A stretch of DNA of 47,370 nt from an uncultured Thermoplasmatales archaeon (GCA_964612535.1 CAZTDS010000002.1:1509-48878), one strand, 5' to 3'; counted from the stretch's first letter, positions 1 to 10,512 are shown. Made by a program: numbers and translations. The notes: a model not told the origin generated them from the sequence alone.

Positions 1-49
1 CACCAGAAATAAAAAGAAAAAAGAGAAGCCTGGCTACTCGCGAGCCAGG
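1..49 (-). terminator. Putative terminator of the Alba gene (hairpin plus oligo-T)
   Basis: Inverted repeat CCTGGCT (29-35) / AGCCAGG (43-49) spans the stop codon. On the minus strand it is followed by the T-rich run CTCTTTTTTCTTTTTATTTCT (revcomp of about 4-27). Confidence 0.35.
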
Positions 50-315
50 TAAATCTCTATGCAGGACACATTGACTTTATTGCCTTCGTCGTTTGTTAGC
101 TCCTCGGTGTATATCTTGACATCCTTTATCTGTGCATCCGGTACAAAGCGTCTCCTGACAATCTCTGCTACATCCACTGCCCTAGAAATTGCCCTACCTC
201 TTGCTTTTATTGCCACCTGGTTTGCCCCAGAATTCAACTGGGTTATTGCAGCCAGTACATAATTCATTGGTGGCTTATTACCCACGTATACCACATTTTC
301 CTGTTGCTCTGCCAT
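34..315 (-). CDS. albA: Chromatin protein Alba (Sac10b family)
   Basis: 93-aa ORF with ATG start. [22 protein letters not shown]...[20 protein letters not shown] is the classic Alba signature. A GGAGGAGGG SD lies upstream. Confidence 0.9.
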   Translation of the reverse strand: MAEQQENVVYVGNKPPMNYVLAAITQLNSGANQVAIKARGRAISRAVDVAEIVRRRFVPDAQIKDVKIYTEELTNDEGNKVNVSCIEIYLARE

Positions 316-347
316 TTTTATCCCTCCTCCATCGAAATAGAGAGGTG

Positions 348-356
348 TAATATAAA
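348..356 (-). promoter_or_regulatory. TATA-like box for alba (TTTATATTA on minus strand)
   Basis: AT-rich TATA-like element 33-41 nt upstream of the alba ATG. It overlaps the 3' end region of the permease gene. Confidence 0.35.
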
Positions 357-357
357 G

Positions 358-1779
358 TTATCGCCTCGCCCTTTTAAGCAATTTTTCTATCATAGCTTTA
401 TCAAGCAATTCCTTCTCCTTTTTCTGCTCCTTATAAATCCTCCATGGCAGGCGATGAGATTCCATTGTTGCCACATAAACAACTCCACCCACACCAATCC
501 ATGCAAGAAGGAAAAGAAAACCGGGCATAGCTCCATCAAGCTGCAGAATGTATCCAAAGAAGAGGGCTGAGAGAAGCAAACCTGATAGCGCAACAACCCA
601 TATCCCGCTAAATTTAAACTTTGCCTTGCTGAAAATCTCCGGATGCTTGTAAGGCAAAATGAGAGTTGCTGTAGATATTGCCATATAAATGAGCAAAACA
701 GCCATATTTATCATCATGACGACATTCATGAAAACCTTGGCAAAAATTATTATTATGATTGCAACTATAGCATTTATTGCAAGTGACCACTTCGGCACAC
801 CAAATTTATTTAACTCAGCCACCCTCTCTGGCACTATTTTATCTCTCGCCCACGCAAAGGCAAGACGGGATGTTGCAAGCATCATTGGATTTATGTCGGA
901 AATGATTGCGATTGAGCCAGCAAAAGCAACATATACAGCTATGGATGCAGGAAGAAAATTCGCCATTAAATCAGGCACAGAGCCAGAAGAGAAATCATAA
1001 GAATCATAAAAAGAAGGACTCATTGAGCCATAGGCTACGAGAGCAACAAAAATGTAGGCAAGGGCTATTGCAAACATCGATATTGTAATTCCTCGGGGCA
1101 GCGTTTTTTCTGGCTCCTTAACCTCATCTCCAGCATTTGCTATGGCGGCGAAGCCAATGTAACTGAAGAAAATCAAACTGCTCGCCATGGCAATATTTTC
1201 CATGTTGAAATTGAATGAATATTCAAGGTTACTCAAACTCACGTTTCTTATGCCAAATATGATAAGGAGAGAAATACCCAGCATCAAAAGCACAAACATT
1301 GCAATCTGAACCCTTCCATAAACCTTAACGCCGAGATAGTTTATCAGGAAAAAGAGAATGACGAGCACTATGGCAATAATTTGTATGTTAGCTGTTATGA
1401 AATCAACAGCTGCATGCATACCAAGAACATCAAAGAAGTTGTTTATTAAAATTATATCTCCTACAGCCATCGCTGCTATTGTCGCGATCATGGCAAACCA
1501 TCTTGCCCATGTGGATATGAAGCCAATAAAAGGATCTATTATCCTGCTTACAAAAACATACTCTCCGCCAGAAGAAGGCAAAGCTGAGGAGAGCACCGCA
1601 TAGCATAAAGCCATTAAAAAGGCTGGAATGGCTGCTATAATATATGAAAGAATGATTGCAGAGCCAACATTTACCTTACTCTGTATCTGTATCGTTGAAA
1701 TAAAAAGTCCTCCTCCAATTACAGAGGTAACCACAGTTGCCACAACTTCTTTAAGCCCGAGTTCTCTTTTCAGTTCCAT
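358..1779 (-). CDS. APC-superfamily amino acid permease
   Basis: 473-aa multi-pass membrane ORF. The N-terminal [24 protein letters not shown] motif is typical of APC/amino-acid-polyamine transporters. ATG start abuts the stop of the upstream PPase gene. Confidence 0.8.
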   Translation of the reverse strand: MELKRELGLKEVVATVVTSVIGGGLFISTIQIQSKVNVGSAIILSYIIAAIPAFLMALCYAVLSSALPSSGGEYVFVSRIIDPFIGFISTWARWFAMIATIAAMAVGDIILINNFFDVLGMHAAVDFITANIQIIAIVLVILFFLINYLGVKVYGRVQIAMFVLLMLGISLLIIFGIRNVSLSNLEYSFNFNMENIAMASSLIFFSYIGFAAIANAGDEVKEPEKTLPRGITISMFAIALAYIFVALVAYGSMSPSFYDSYDFSSGSVPDLMANFLPASIAVYVAFAGSIAIISDINPMMLATSRLAFAWARDKIVPERVAELNKFGVPKWSLAINAIVAIIIIIFAKVFMNVVMMINMAVLLIYMAISTATLILPYKHPEIFSKAKFKFSGIWVVALSGLLLSALFFGYILQLDGAMPGFLFLLAWIGVGGVVYVATMESHRLPWRIYKEQKKEKELLDKAMIEKLLKRARR

Positions 1780-3768
1780 TTATCCCGCAAATTTTACAAA
1801 TAGAGGAAGGAAAACAAGGCTTACGATTGACATGAGCTTTATTAGGATATTTAAGGAAGGCCCAGCTGTGTCTTTGCAAGGATCGCCGACTGTGTCGCCG
1901 ACCACTGCCGCCTTGTGGGCAAAGCTGCCCTTTCCGCCAAGGTTGCCTGCCTCGATATACTTCTTCGCATTGTCCCACGCACCGCCAGCATTTGCAAGGA
2001 ATATTGCCATCAAAAAGCCAGATGCTGTAGCTCCAGCGAGTAAGCCAACGAGAGCCTCGATACGCCATATTCCTATGATTATTGGCACCACCACGGCCAT
2101 ACTGGATGGCAGAATCATTTCCTTTAAAGCACCTCTCGTAGCAATCCTTACACATCTATCATAAACCGGTTTTCCTCTGCCTTCGAGAATGCCAAGTTCT
2201 TTAAACTGCCTTCTTACCTCATTCACCATTTTTTCCGCTGCCCTCCCGACAGCTCCTATGGTTACGGAAGAGAAAATGAATGGGAGCATTGCTCCAATAA
2301 AAACGCCAGCCATGAGATAGGGAGATGTGAGAGTAAGATTTATTTCCTTTCCCATCAATTCCTTTGCTTTTTCCACGAAAGTGAAGATTAGGGCTAAGGC
2401 AGTTATTGCAGCCGAGCCAATGGCAAAGCCCTTTCCCATCGCAGCCGTTGTATTTCCCACAGCATCTAAAGCCTCCGCCCTCTTCCTCGTTTCCTCTCCA
2501 AGTCCAGCCATCTCCGCTATGCCAGCAGCATTATCGGCGACTGGCCCATAACAGTCTGTTGCCAGTGATATGCCGAGCGTTGAAAGCATTCCTATGGCAG
2601 CCAAAGCAACGCCATAAAATTCTGCAAATTCAAAGGCGAGAATCATTGCAACGCATGTTGAAATTATTGGTATGGCTGTGCTCATCATTCCGACAGCAAG
2701 CCCCTGCAGAATGTTTGTCGCCGCCCCCGTTTGAGAGGCATGAGCTATTTTTTGAGCCGGCTTCCTCTGTTCAGAGGTGAAATATTCCGTCGTAAGCCCG
2801 ATAACAACGCCATCTATTAAGCCGACAAGCACAGCATAATATGGCTTCAAATCTTCAAGCATGTATTTTGTTGCGATAAATGCTAATGCAGCGAAAACAA
2901 TTGCCGCCCCAAATAGCCCGTTTCTCAAAGCTGCATAGAGATTTTTTCCTCTCACAAAACCCATTCCAATTATGGAGGCGATGATTCCCAATGCAGCTAT
3001 GACGAGAGGATATAAATCGCCGTTTTTATAAACAGCAGCTATTATGGCAAGAGTTATAGCTGAAATTATTGAATCAACATATGATTCAAATAAATCTGCA
3101 CCCATGCCGGCAACATCTCCAACATTATCTCCAACATTATCTGCAATAACGGCGGGATTGCGTGGGTCATCTTCTGGTATGCCTGCCTCAACCTTGCCCA
3201 CCAGATCAGCGCCTACATCTGCCGATTTCGTATATATTCCGCCTCCCACTCTTGCAAATAAAGCTATGCTGCTCGCCCCGAAACCAAAACCGAAGAGAAT
3301 GCTTGCCGCCTCTTCCTCAAATAAAAGGAAGAACGATGCCACACCTATTATGCCAAGCCCCACAACGGTGAGCCCCATTACAGAGCCTGAAGAAAAGGCG
3401 ATTAGCAGGCCGTCTTTCAAACTTTTTTTTGCTGCCTCCGCCGCCCTCACATTGGCTACCGTCGCTATTCTCATGCCAACATTGCCCGCCAGTGTGGAGA
3501 AAAACGCGCCCGTGAGGAATGCAAGGCTGGTTTGCCACGGCATATCCGTGTAATGGCTGGCTGCAAGAAGGGCAATGGTAACAATGGCAACGAAAACCAC
3601 GATAATTTTATATTCTTCATTGAGAAAAGCTATAGCCCCTTTATGAATTGCCTCCGCTATTTCCTGCATTTTTTTATCGCCCTTCGGCTTTTTAAGAATG
3701 TAAATCGCCATTCCAGCAGCCACCGCAAGCGATAAAACACCCACAACCAATGGAAGTGCATCAAGCAT
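1780..3768 (-). CDS. hppA: Membrane-bound (H+/Na+) translocating pyrophosphatase, K+-dependent type
   Basis: 662-aa ORF with hallmark motifs GGG(I)YTK(S)[21 protein letters not shown] and [16 protein letters not shown]. Ala in GNTTAA is the known K+-dependent signature. Confidence 0.95.
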   Translation of the reverse strand: MLDALPLVVGVLSLAVAAGMAIYILKKPKGDKKMQEIAEAIHKGAIAFLNEEYKIIVVFVAIVTIALLAASHYTDMPWQTSLAFLTGAFFSTLAGNVGMRIATVANVRAAEAAKKSLKDGLLIAFSSGSVMGLTVVGLGIIGVASFFLLFEEEAASILFGFGFGASSIALFARVGGGIYTKSADVGADLVGKVEAGIPEDDPRNPAVIADNVGDNVGDVAGMGADLFESYVDSIISAITLAIIAAVYKNGDLYPLVIAALGIIASIIGMGFVRGKNLYAALRNGLFGAAIVFAALAFIATKYMLEDLKPYYAVLVGLIDGVVIGLTTEYFTSEQRKPAQKIAHASQTGAATNILQGLAVGMMSTAIPIISTCVAMILAFEFAEFYGVALAAIGMLSTLGISLATDCYGPVADNAAGIAEMAGLGEETRKRAEALDAVGNTTAAMGKGFAIGSAAITALALIFTFVEKAKELMGKEINLTLTSPYLMAGVFIGAMLPFIFSSVTIGAVGRAAEKMVNEVRRQFKELGILEGRGKPVYDRCVRIATRGALKEMILPSSMAVVVPIIIGIWRIEALVGLLAGATASGFLMAIFLANAGGAWDNAKKYIEAGNLGGKGSFAHKAAVVGDTVGDPCKDTAGPSLNILIKLMSIVSLVFLPLFVKFAG

Positions 3769-4012
3769 ATTTGGGAAAGGAGAAGCATACTTAAATTTTT
3801 CACCTTATTTTACTATCGGGCAAGAAAATTATCAGAAAATCTTGGCAATTTTTGATGAAGAGCCAGATATTTACGAAAATGAAGAGAAAAATTGTTTTTA
3901 TTCCTCCTTTGCCAAGATGTTGTTGCGGCTTTCACATCTCCGAGGATTTGAAGATTCGAGATGCTGCATGATGGGCAATTCCACCCTGCATGTCTTCTTT
4001 TAAAGCATGCTC

Positions 4013-4600
4013 TTAGAACTCAATTTTCGCCGCTATTTCTCTCGCCCTCTCCTTAACTTCCTCCGTCAGATTTCTTCCATGGGCATCTATTGTTACTGTT
4101 AGCGGACCAAAATTCTCCACTTCCAGAATCCATAGCGCCTCTGGCATCCCAAGCTCTTCAAGCCAGAAGACATCTCTCACCCTCTTCACAGCATTTGCAG
4201 CCAGCACGGCGGCGCCGCCAGTGAAGGCAGCGTATATTGCCTTAAACTCCTTGCACGCCTTTGCTGTTTTTTCCCCCATTCCTCCCTTGCCTATTATGAT
4301 GCGTGTGCCAAATCTCTTTATAAAATCGTATTCAAAAATTTCCATCCTGCTGCTCGTCGTAGGCCCAGCTGCAACTATTTTCCATTCATCTCCCTCTTTC
4401 TTCACTATTGGTCCGCAATGAAATATAGCAACCTTTGAGAAATCCACTGGCAATTCTTTTCCTTCATCAAAAGCCTCTATAGCCATTTTATGTGCCTCAT
4501 CTCTTGCTGTAACAACTGTCCCACTGATATAAATTACATCTCCAGCCCTTATTTTGAGTATCTCCTCCTCGCCCACAGGCAAATTCAATCTATATTCCAT
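4013..4600 (-). CDS. Class I (Fe-S) fumarate hydratase / tartrate dehydratase family, beta subunit
   Basis: 195-aa ORF with ISGTVVTARDEAHK and GKGGMG motifs of the Fe-S hydro-lyase beta subunit. It overlaps the alpha-subunit gene by 16 nt. Confidence 0.85.
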   Translation of the reverse strand: MEYRLNLPVGEEEILKIRAGDVIYISGTVVTARDEAHKMAIEAFDEGKELPVDFSKVAIFHCGPIVKKEGDEWKIVAAGPTTSSRMEIFEYDFIKRFGTRIIIGKGGMGEKTAKACKEFKAIYAAFTGGAAVLAANAVKRVRDVFWLEELGMPEALWILEVENFGPLTVTIDAHGRNLTEEVKERAREIAAKIEF

Positions 4601-5445
4601 ATTTTTCCCTCCTTATCTATTTTAATACTTTTCCTCCTGTTCGCCCAGCATTGGACAGCTATAGCAACAGGTAGCGAGGCGGGGTGGCGGTGAGCAATCT
4701 CAACATGAACATCTACAACCGTTGTCCTGCCACCAAGCCCCATTGCTCCTATCCCCGTAGAATTTATTGCATTCAAAAGCTCCTCTTCAATCCTCGCTAT
4801 CTCCTCATTTTCATGCCTCTCCCCTACCTTGCGGAGTAGAGCTTTTTTTGCAAGTTCCATTGCTATATCAGCCCCTCCTCCTATACCAACGCCCACAACT
4901 GTAGGCGGACATGGATTGCCAGCTGCTTCAACCATCCATTCGAGCACAAATTTCTTCACACCCTTTAAGCCGACGCCCGGCTTCAGCATGCGAAGCGTGG
5001 ACATATTTTCCGAGCCGCCGCCCTTCGGCATCACCGTTATGAAGCATTCGTCGCCTTCCACAACTTCCCAGTGGATGGCTGGAATGTGAAAGCCGGTGTT
5101 ATCTCCGCTATTCCTTCCAGTTAGCACGTCCACGGCATTGGGGCGGAGAGGCACTTCTTTCGTTGCCTTTCTCACACCCTCAATTATTGCTTCCTTTAAC
5201 AAATGACGATATGGAAAATCGACGCCCACTTTAACAAAAAATGTCGGCGTGCCTGTATCTTGGCACATTGGCTTTCTTTGTTGCCTTGCAAGTTCAATAT
5301 TTTTTAAAATTGCCTCAAGCTGTGTTTTTGCAGCCCCCTCCTCATTTTCCATTGCCTTTCTTAAAGCCTCTTCCATATCCTTGGGCAAATCTATAACTGC
5401 ATCACCAATTAAATTTGCGATGGCATTTACAAGCTCGTCTTTCAT
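4585..5445 (-). CDS. Class I (Fe-S) fumarate hydratase / tartrate dehydratase family, alpha subunit
   Basis: 286-aa ORF with the MCQDTGTP motif and the GGGSEN region characteristic of the Fe-S hydro-lyase alpha subunit. Confidence 0.85.
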   Translation of the reverse strand: MKDELVNAIANLIGDAVIDLPKDMEEALRKAMENEEGAAKTQLEAILKNIELARQQRKPMCQDTGTPTFFVKVGVDFPYRHLLKEAIIEGVRKATKEVPLRPNAVDVLTGRNSGDNTGFHIPAIHWEVVEGDECFITVMPKGGGSENMSTLRMLKPGVGLKGVKKFVLEWMVEAAGNPCPPTVVGVGIGGGADIAMELAKKALLRKVGERHENEEIARIEEELLNAINSTGIGAMGLGGRTTVVDVHVEIAHRHPASLPVAIAVQCWANRRKSIKIDKEGKIWNID

Positions 5446-5530
5446 GGCATCGTAATACTTTTTAATTTAAAAAACATGTGATTAAGGCTAAAAGGCATCT
5501 GAAGCCATGCGATACAGCATCAAGCATCAG

Positions 5531-5540
5531 TTTTATATAT
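5531..5540 (+). promoter_or_regulatory. TATA-like box (TTTTATATAT) for the ribosomal protein operon
   Basis: Located 39 nt upstream of the uL3 ATG. The SD-like CAGGTGT at 5567-5573 would fall in a short leader. Confidence 0.3.
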
Positions 5541-5578
5541 GGCTTCATATATTTGGGTAAAAGTTTCAGGTGTAAAAG

Positions 5579-6556
5579 ATGGTACAGCACAGCAAGCCTA
5601 AGCGTGGCTCACATGCATTCTCGCCCCGTAAAAGGGCTAGCCGTGAGACTCCTCGCATCAAATCATGGCCTCGCGATGGAGACAAGCCTTCATTGCAGGG
5701 ATTCGCCGGCTATAAGGCGGGGATGACACATGTTTTAGTTGTTGATTATCGCCCCACTTCCACAACAAGCGGTCAGGAAGTTTTTGTTCCTGTTACAGTA
5801 CTTGAAACACCGCCAATGAAGATTGCCGCCATTCGCTTTTATGAATACACGCCGTATGGCTTTAAAACAAAGACAGAAATATGGGCGGATAATGTTGAAG
5901 AGTTAAAGGCAAGGATGCCCATTCCGAAGAAAAAGAAGGAAAAGGAAGTTGATGGTTTTGATGATATAAGGGTTCTGGCTTATACAGAGCCATGGAAGGT
6001 AACGGGTATTCCAAAGAAAGTGCCAGATGTAATGGAGATAAGAATAGGAGGAGGTGATTTGCAGCAGCGCCTTGAATATGCACAGAGCATTCTGGGCAAG
6101 GAAATTGCCATTAAAGATGTTTTCAAAGAAGGAGAGATGATTGATGCCATAGCTGTGACAAAGGGCAAGGGATTTCAGGGAGCAGTTAAAAGATGGGGAG
6201 TGAAATTGCTCCATCACAAAAACAGGAAGCATCGCCGCATGATAGGTACGCTGGGCCCATGGCTTTCGTGGGTTCGCCCCACAGTTCCGCAGGCGGGGCA
6301 GATGGGATATCATAAAAGGACGGAATATAATAAAAGAATCCTCAAAATTGGAGAGAATGGAGAGGAGATAACGCCATCAGGTGGCTTTCCCCATTACGGC
6401 ATTGTGAGAAATGAATATATTCTGGTTCACGGTAGCGTGCCGGGAAGTGTAAAGCGTCTCGTAAGAATGAGGCGGGCTGTGAGATATTTGAAGGGAGTCA
6501 GGGTTGAAAAGCCCGAAATAACATATATATCCACTACAAGCAAGCAGGGTGTGTAA
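5579..6556 (+). CDS. rpl3: 50S ribosomal protein uL3
   Basis: 325-aa ORF. PKRGSHAFSPRKRA...FAGYKAGMTHV and TKGKGFQGAVKRWG are uL3 hallmarks. First gene of the canonical archaeal S10-like/spc cluster. Confidence 0.95.
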   Translation: MVQHSKPKRGSHAFSPRKRASRETPRIKSWPRDGDKPSLQGFAGYKAGMTHVLVVDYRPTSTTSGQEVFVPVTVLETPPMKIAAIRFYEYTPYGFKTKTEIWADNVEELKARMPIPKKKKEKEVDGFDDIRVLAYTEPWKVTGIPKKVPDVMEIRIGGGDLQQRLEYAQSILGKEIAIKDVFKEGEMIDAIAVTKGKGFQGAVKRWGVKLLHHKNRKHRRMIGTLGPWLSWVRPTVPQAGQMGYHKRTEYNKRILKIGENGEEITPSGGFPHYGIVRNEYILVHGSVPGSVKRLVRMRRAVRYLKGVRVEKPEITYISTTSKQGV

Positions 6557-7315
6557 ATGGCAAAGGTGTATGATTTAAATGGAAACGTGGTGCAGGAAAT
6601 TGATTTGCCCGCATGCTTTAGCGTTGAGTATCGCCCCGATTTAATAACAAAGGCAGTAAATGTAATGAGAGCCAACCGCCGCCAGCCCTATGGGGCGAAG
6701 AAGGATGCAGGGCATTACGTTGCATGGTCATTTGGGCCGGGTAGAGGGATGTCGAGGGTGCCCCGCCTGGCGAGCGGAAGGGCGGCGATGGCTCCTGGCA
6801 CAGTAAAAGGAAGGCGTGCTCATCCTCCAAAAGTGGAAAAAGTATGGGAGAGGAAAATAAATAAAAAGGAGATGCTGCTTGCCCGTTTGTCTGCTCTGGC
6901 AGCTACAGCTAATGAAAAGATTGTGAGGCAGCGCGGCCATAAGTTCAGCGTGGATGAATTGCCTGTAATCATTGAAGATAAATTCGAGGAGTTGAAGAAG
7001 GTTAAGGAGATAATGGATGTGCTTAGTAAAATAGGGGTTGCGGAAGACATAGAAAGGGCAAAGGAAGGAAAGCATGTGAGGGCTGGCAAGGGTAAGATGA
7101 GAGGGAGAAAATATAAGAAGCCAAAATCGCTGCTAATAGTTGCATCAAATAAGGAAAATATTGAGAAGGCTGCTGGAAATCTTCCAGGTGTGGATGTGGT
7201 CTCGCCGGATGAAATAAATGTTGAATATCTCGCCCCCGGAGGACATGCTGGACGCCTTACAATATTCACTTTAAATGCTTTGCAGAAAATAGGTGATAAA
7301 TATGGATCCATATGA
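6557..7315 (+). CDS. rpl4: 50S ribosomal protein uL4
   Basis: 252-aa ORF immediately after uL3. RQPYGAKKDAGH...GRGMSRVPR is typical of archaeal L4. Confidence 0.93.
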   Translation: MAKVYDLNGNVVQEIDLPACFSVEYRPDLITKAVNVMRANRRQPYGAKKDAGHYVAWSFGPGRGMSRVPRLASGRAAMAPGTVKGRRAHPPKVEKVWERKINKKEMLLARLSALAATANEKIVRQRGHKFSVDELPVIIEDKFEELKKVKEIMDVLSKIGVAEDIERAKEGKHVRAGKGKMRGRKYKKPKSLLIVASNKENIEKAAGNLPGVDVVSPDEINVEYLAPGGHAGRLTIFTLNALQKIGDKYGSI

Positions 7316-7559
7316 TGTGATAGAGCATCCGTATGTTACAGAAAAGACACTCATGCTGATTGAAAAGAACAATGCTTTGCAGTTCGTAGTTAAAATGACA
7401 GCCAACAAGAAAATGATAAAGGAGGCGGTGCAGAAAATATTTGATGTGAAGGTGGAAAAGGTTACTACGCGCATAACAAAAAAAGGCAAAATCGCAACGG
7501 TTAAATTGGCTCCAGAATATAATGCTGAGGATATAGGAATGAGGATAGGTATATTCTGA
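7302..7559 (+). CDS. rpl23: 50S ribosomal protein uL23
   Basis: The track ORF begins at GTG 7293. ATG 7302 gives MDPYDVIEHPYVTEKT..., the typical L23 N-terminus. It overlaps the uL4 end. Confidence 0.9.
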   Translation: MDPYDVIEHPYVTEKTLMLIEKNNALQFVVKMTANKKMIKEAVQKIFDVKVEKVTTRITKKGKIATVKLAPEYNAEDIGMRIGIF

Positions 7560-7569
7560 GGTGTGAAAG

Positions 7570-8274
7570 ATGGGAAAGAGATTACGACACCAGAGGCGTG
7601 GCTCCGGAAACCCCCCATATACGAGCCCTTCATTCAAGCATAAGGGGCCGGTGGGCTATCCAAAACTGGGAGAATATGAAGGAATAGTTGAGGATATAAT
7701 TCATAATCCCGGAGCTACAACTCCAACGGCAATAGTAAGGCTTGAGGATGGTAGCAAAGCAAAAATTATTGCATATGAAGGCATGATGGTGGGGGAGAAA
7801 ATTAAATTCACCACAGAAAGTATTGTTAAGCCGGGTAATGTTTTACCTCTTGCATCCATTCCTCAGGGGGCGCCAGTTTATAATATAGAAGGTGAGCCCG
7901 GAGATGGAGGAAAATATGTGAGGGCTGCTGGCAGCTATGCACTCATCATTTCTCATGAAAAAGATGGAGTTATAGTTAAACTTCCTTCAGGCAAGCACAA
8001 AAAATTCCTGCCAAATTGCAGGGCTACCATAGGCCTTCCTGCTGGAGGAGGAAGGGCTGAAAAGCCATTCGTAAAGGCCGGCAAGAAATATCATGCAACA
8101 AGGGCGAGAGCAAGACTATGGCCAATAACGAGTGGCGTGGCCATGAATCCAGTGGATCATCCGCATGGAGGAGGAAGCCATCAGCATGTTGGCAGGCCAA
8201 AGACGGTGGCAAGAGGGGCGCCGCCTGGCAGGAAAGTTGGTTCAATAGCAGCCCGCCGCACGGGCAAGAGGTGA
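7570..8274 (+). CDS. rpl2: 50S ribosomal protein uL2
   Basis: 234-aa [14 protein letters not shown] and GRKVG motifs are uL2 hallmarks. Confidence 0.95.
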   Translation: MGKRLRHQRRGSGNPPYTSPSFKHKGPVGYPKLGEYEGIVEDIIHNPGATTPTAIVRLEDGSKAKIIAYEGMMVGEKIKFTTESIVKPGNVLPLASIPQGAPVYNIEGEPGDGGKYVRAAGSYALIISHEKDGVIVKLPSGKHKKFLPNCRATIGLPAGGGRAEKPFVKAGKKYHATRARARLWPITSGVAMNPVDHPHGGGSHQHVGRPKTVARGAPPGRKVGSIAARRTGKR

Positions 8275-8278
8275 TGAA

Positions 8279-8707
8279 ATGGTGAAGAGGAGTAAGAGGA
8301 GGAGGAAAATTGAGATTGCAGCGAAAAAAGAATTCACGTATCGTGGCCTTACTCTTGAAGAGCTTCAAAAAATGAGTATCGAGGAGTTATTGCCCTATTT
8401 GCCAGCCCGCGCAAGGAGAACGTTGAGGCGTGGTTTAACGCCTGTGCAGTATCGATTCCTTGAGAAGCTTAGAAAGACAGAGAAGGGAAAGCCAATAAGA
8501 ACACACCTGAGAGATATGATTATATTGCCGGAATTTGTTGGACATACTATAGCGGTGCATAATGGCAAGGAATTCCAGCCAGTTACCATAAAGCCCGAGA
8601 TGATTGGGCATTATCTGGGAGAATTTGCTTTAACCAGGAAAGAAGTTAAGCATAGCGGGCCTGGCGTGGGAGCGACACGTTCATCGAAATATTTACCGTT
8701 GAAGTGA
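8279..8707 (+). CDS. rps19: 30S ribosomal protein uS19
   Basis: 142-aa [15 protein letters not shown]...IGHYLGEFA is the uS19 signature, and the operon position is canonical. Confidence 0.93.
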   Translation: MVKRSKRRRKIEIAAKKEFTYRGLTLEELQKMSIEELLPYLPARARRTLRRGLTPVQYRFLEKLRKTEKGKPIRTHLRDMIILPEFVGHTIAVHNGKEFQPVTIKPEMIGHYLGEFALTRKEVKHSGPGVGATRSSKYLPLK

Positions 8708-8711
8708 TGAC

Positions 8712-9167
8712 ATGAAGTATTCGATACAGTTGGATGAGGAAAAGTCGGCAAAGGCATATGGAAGGGAGCTTCACTGCTCCCCAAAGGCATGCGAAAATAT
8801 AGCGAGAGCTATAAAGGGCATGAGTGTGAAGGAGGCGAAGAAATATCTGGAAGACGTAATAAATTTCAGAAGGGCGATTCCATACAAAACACATAATACG
8901 GAGAGGGCGCACAAAAAGGGAATGGGGCCAGGAGCTTATCCAGTTAAGGCATGCAAACTCATACTCGATGTAATCAAAAATGCAGAGAATAATGCCGAAT
9001 ACAAGGGACTGGATCCAGAAAATATGTATATTGCTCATATTTCAACCTATCGCGGTAGAATAATCAAAAGTTATATGCCCCGCGCCTTCGGGCGGGCGAC
9101 GGCATGGCATGAAAGAACAACGAATGTTGAGATAATCATAGCTGAAAGGGAGGAAGAGGAGGGATAA
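8712..9167 (+). CDS. rpl22: 50S ribosomal protein uL22
   Basis: 151-aa ORF with the archaeal L22 pattern (KAYGRELHCSPK...AIPYKTHN...GPGAYPVKA). Confidence 0.92.
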   Translation: MKYSIQLDEEKSAKAYGRELHCSPKACENIARAIKGMSVKEAKKYLEDVINFRRAIPYKTHNTERAHKKGMGPGAYPVKACKLILDVIKNAENNAEYKGLDPENMYIAHISTYRGRIIKSYMPRAFGRATAWHERTTNVEIIIAEREEEEG

Positions 9168-9168
9168 C

Positions 9169-10053
9169 GTGGCGATTGAGAGAAAATTTGTTCAGGAGAA
9201 TCAGAAAAGGGTGTTGCTCAAAGAGTTTTTAATGAAGGAGAGCGAGAGGGCTGGTTTTGGCGGCCTTAAAATACAGCGCACTCCAATGGGAACGCTTATT
9301 ACAATGCAGATTGAAAGACCTGGCTTAATCATAGGAAAGGGAGGGAAAAGGATAAAGGAGCTTACCGAAGTTATTGAGAAGAAATTTGATGTTGAGAATC
9401 CACAAATTGAAATTGAAGAAGTTGGAGGAAATGTTGCTTTAAATGCCCAGTTGATGGCTCAAAAGGTTGCTGCTGCTCTGGAAAGGGGCTGGCATTTCCG
9501 CCGTGTCGGTCATTCAACGGTTCGTCGCATAATGGATGCGGGGGCGAGGGGCTGTCAGGTTATCATTTCTGGAAAATTAACTGGGGCGAGGCACAGGACG
9601 GAAAAATTCACTGCCGGTTATGTTAAATATTGTGGAGAGGTGGCAAGAGAGGTTATGGAAGAAGGGATGGCTGTTGCAATAACAAAGCCGGGTATAATAG
9701 GAGTTAAAGTTAGAATAATGCCTCCTGATGCTCGCCTGCCAGATGAGGTTGAAATTCTTGAGGAAAGAAAGGAGGAGATAAAAGAAGAGTTGAAGAAGGC
9801 GGAGGCAAGGAGAGAAGAGGCGCTGGAAAAACTTGAGGCAATGGATGTTATGGATATTCCCGGCATACCCTCAAATGTTCTTACTGCCATTAAAAAGGCG
9901 GGAGTTAAAAATGCAAGAGAGTTATATGAAATGGACATAAATGATCTTGTAGAGATTAAAGGGATAGGTATAAAAAGGGCTGAGAAATTAAAGGAAGTGT
10001 TAAAGGAGGTGCTTGAAAAGAATGAAAGCGAGGGAAATAAGGGCAATGAGTAG
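9169..10053 (+). CDS. rps3: 30S ribosomal protein uS3 with C-terminal (HhH)2 extension
   Basis: GTG start. The KH domain (GLIIGKGGKRIKEL) and uS3 C-domain occupy residues 1 to about 190. Residues 191-294 are an extra charged linker plus two helix-hairpin-helix motifs (IPGIPSNVLTAIKKAG, IKGIGIKRAEKL). Confidence 0.9.
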   Translation: MAIERKFVQENQKRVLLKEFLMKESERAGFGGLKIQRTPMGTLITMQIERPGLIIGKGGKRIKELTEVIEKKFDVENPQIEIEEVGGNVALNAQLMAQKVAAALERGWHFRRVGHSTVRRIMDAGARGCQVIISGKLTGARHRTEKFTAGYVKYCGEVAREVMEEGMAVAITKPGIIGVKVRIMPPDARLPDEVEILEERKEEIKEELKKAEARREEALEKLEAMDVMDIPGIPSNVLTAIKKAGVKNARELYEMDINDLVEIKGIGIKRAEKLKEVLKEVLEKNESEGNKGNE

Positions 10054-10219
10054 CGAGGAAAGAAGGAAGAAATTGAAGGAAATAAGGAACGAACTCATGG
10101 AGGAGTATGGAAGGGCTTCGATGGGCGGCTCACCTCCCTCGCCGGGCAGGATAAGATATCTACGCAGAACCCTCGCTCGGTTGCTTACAATAATGAGGGA
10201 GAAGGGAGAAATAGGATGA
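10022..10219 (+). CDS. rpl29: 50S ribosomal protein uL29
   Basis: The track ORF starts at TTG 10013. ATG 10022 is preceded by AAAGGAGGTG and gives MKAREIRAMSSEERRKKLKEIRNELM, the typical L29 N-terminus. It overlaps the uS3 3' end. Confidence 0.88.
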   Translation: MKAREIRAMSSEERRKKLKEIRNELMEEYGRASMGGSPPSPGRIRYLRRTLARLLTIMREKGEIG

Positions 10220-10512
10220 GCGACATATGCAAGGTTTGCGGACTGCCCAAAGAACTTTGTGTGTGTGAAACAATTGCAAGAGAGGGAAAAGAGGTTAAGA
10301 TTACAACAGAAAAAAGGAGATATGGAAAAATGGTGACGATAATATCCGGACTGGATTCATCGGTTGATATATCCGAACTTGCAACGGAGTTGAAAAAATG
10401 TTGTGCATGTGGAGGGACAATAAAGAAAAACACGATAGAACTGCAGGGGGATCACAAGGAGAAGGCAAAGAAGAAGCTGGAGGAAATGGGCTTTGCGGTG
10501 GAGATAGAATGA
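10216..10512 (+). CDS. Translation initiation factor aSUI1 (eIF1 homologue)
   Basis: 98-aa ORF with N-terminal CxxC...CxC and the SUI1 core (KITTEKRRYGKMVTIISGL...ELQGDH). ATGA overlap with uL29. Confidence 0.9.
   Translation: MSDICKVCGLPKELCVCETIAREGKEVKITTEKRRYGKMVTIISGLDSSVDISELATELKKCCACGGTIKKNTIELQGDHKEKAKKKLEEMGFAVEIE

Noticed and set aside
1628-3553. Long plus-strand ORFs (1628-2164, 2327-2780, 3044-3553) inside the pyrophosphatase gene
   Set aside because: They are antisense to a 662-aa ORF with unmistakable H+-PPase motifs. Their translations are low-complexity Ala/Ser/Pro-rich mirror images with no recognisable family.
3855-3971. 38-aa plus-strand ORF (MKSQIFTKMKRKIVFIPPLPRCCCGFHISEDLKIRDAA) in the 244-nt spacer between fumarase and PPase genes
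   Set aside because: It has no SD or TATA context and no recognisable motif. The spacer is better explained as a terminator (T-tracts on the minus strand) plus the PPase promoter (AAAAATTTAAG about 30 nt upstream of the ATG).
5478-5726. 82-aa plus-strand ORF overlapping the uL3 start
   Set aside because: It is in a different frame overlapping the conserved uL3 N-terminus. The region upstream of 5579 is better explained as the operon promoter and leader.
6820-7311. 163-aa minus-strand ORF (and 6728-7075, 7266-7637) across uL4/uL23/uL2
   Set aside because: It is antisense to strongly conserved ribosomal protein genes. The Ser/Phe/Leu-rich translation is typical of the reverse frame of Lys/Glu-rich coding sequence.
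9618-10046. 142-aa minus-strand ORF opposite the uS3 C-terminal extension
   Set aside because: It is a mirror of the purine-rich (Glu/Lys) sense strand. It has no start context and a Ser/Phe-rich nonsense-like composition.
10398-10508. N-terminal 37-codon extension of the RNase P Rpp29 ORF
   Set aside because: It lies entirely within the aSUI1 gene in another frame. The conserved Rpp29 sequence starts at ATG 10509, which forms an ATGA overlap with the aSUI1 stop.
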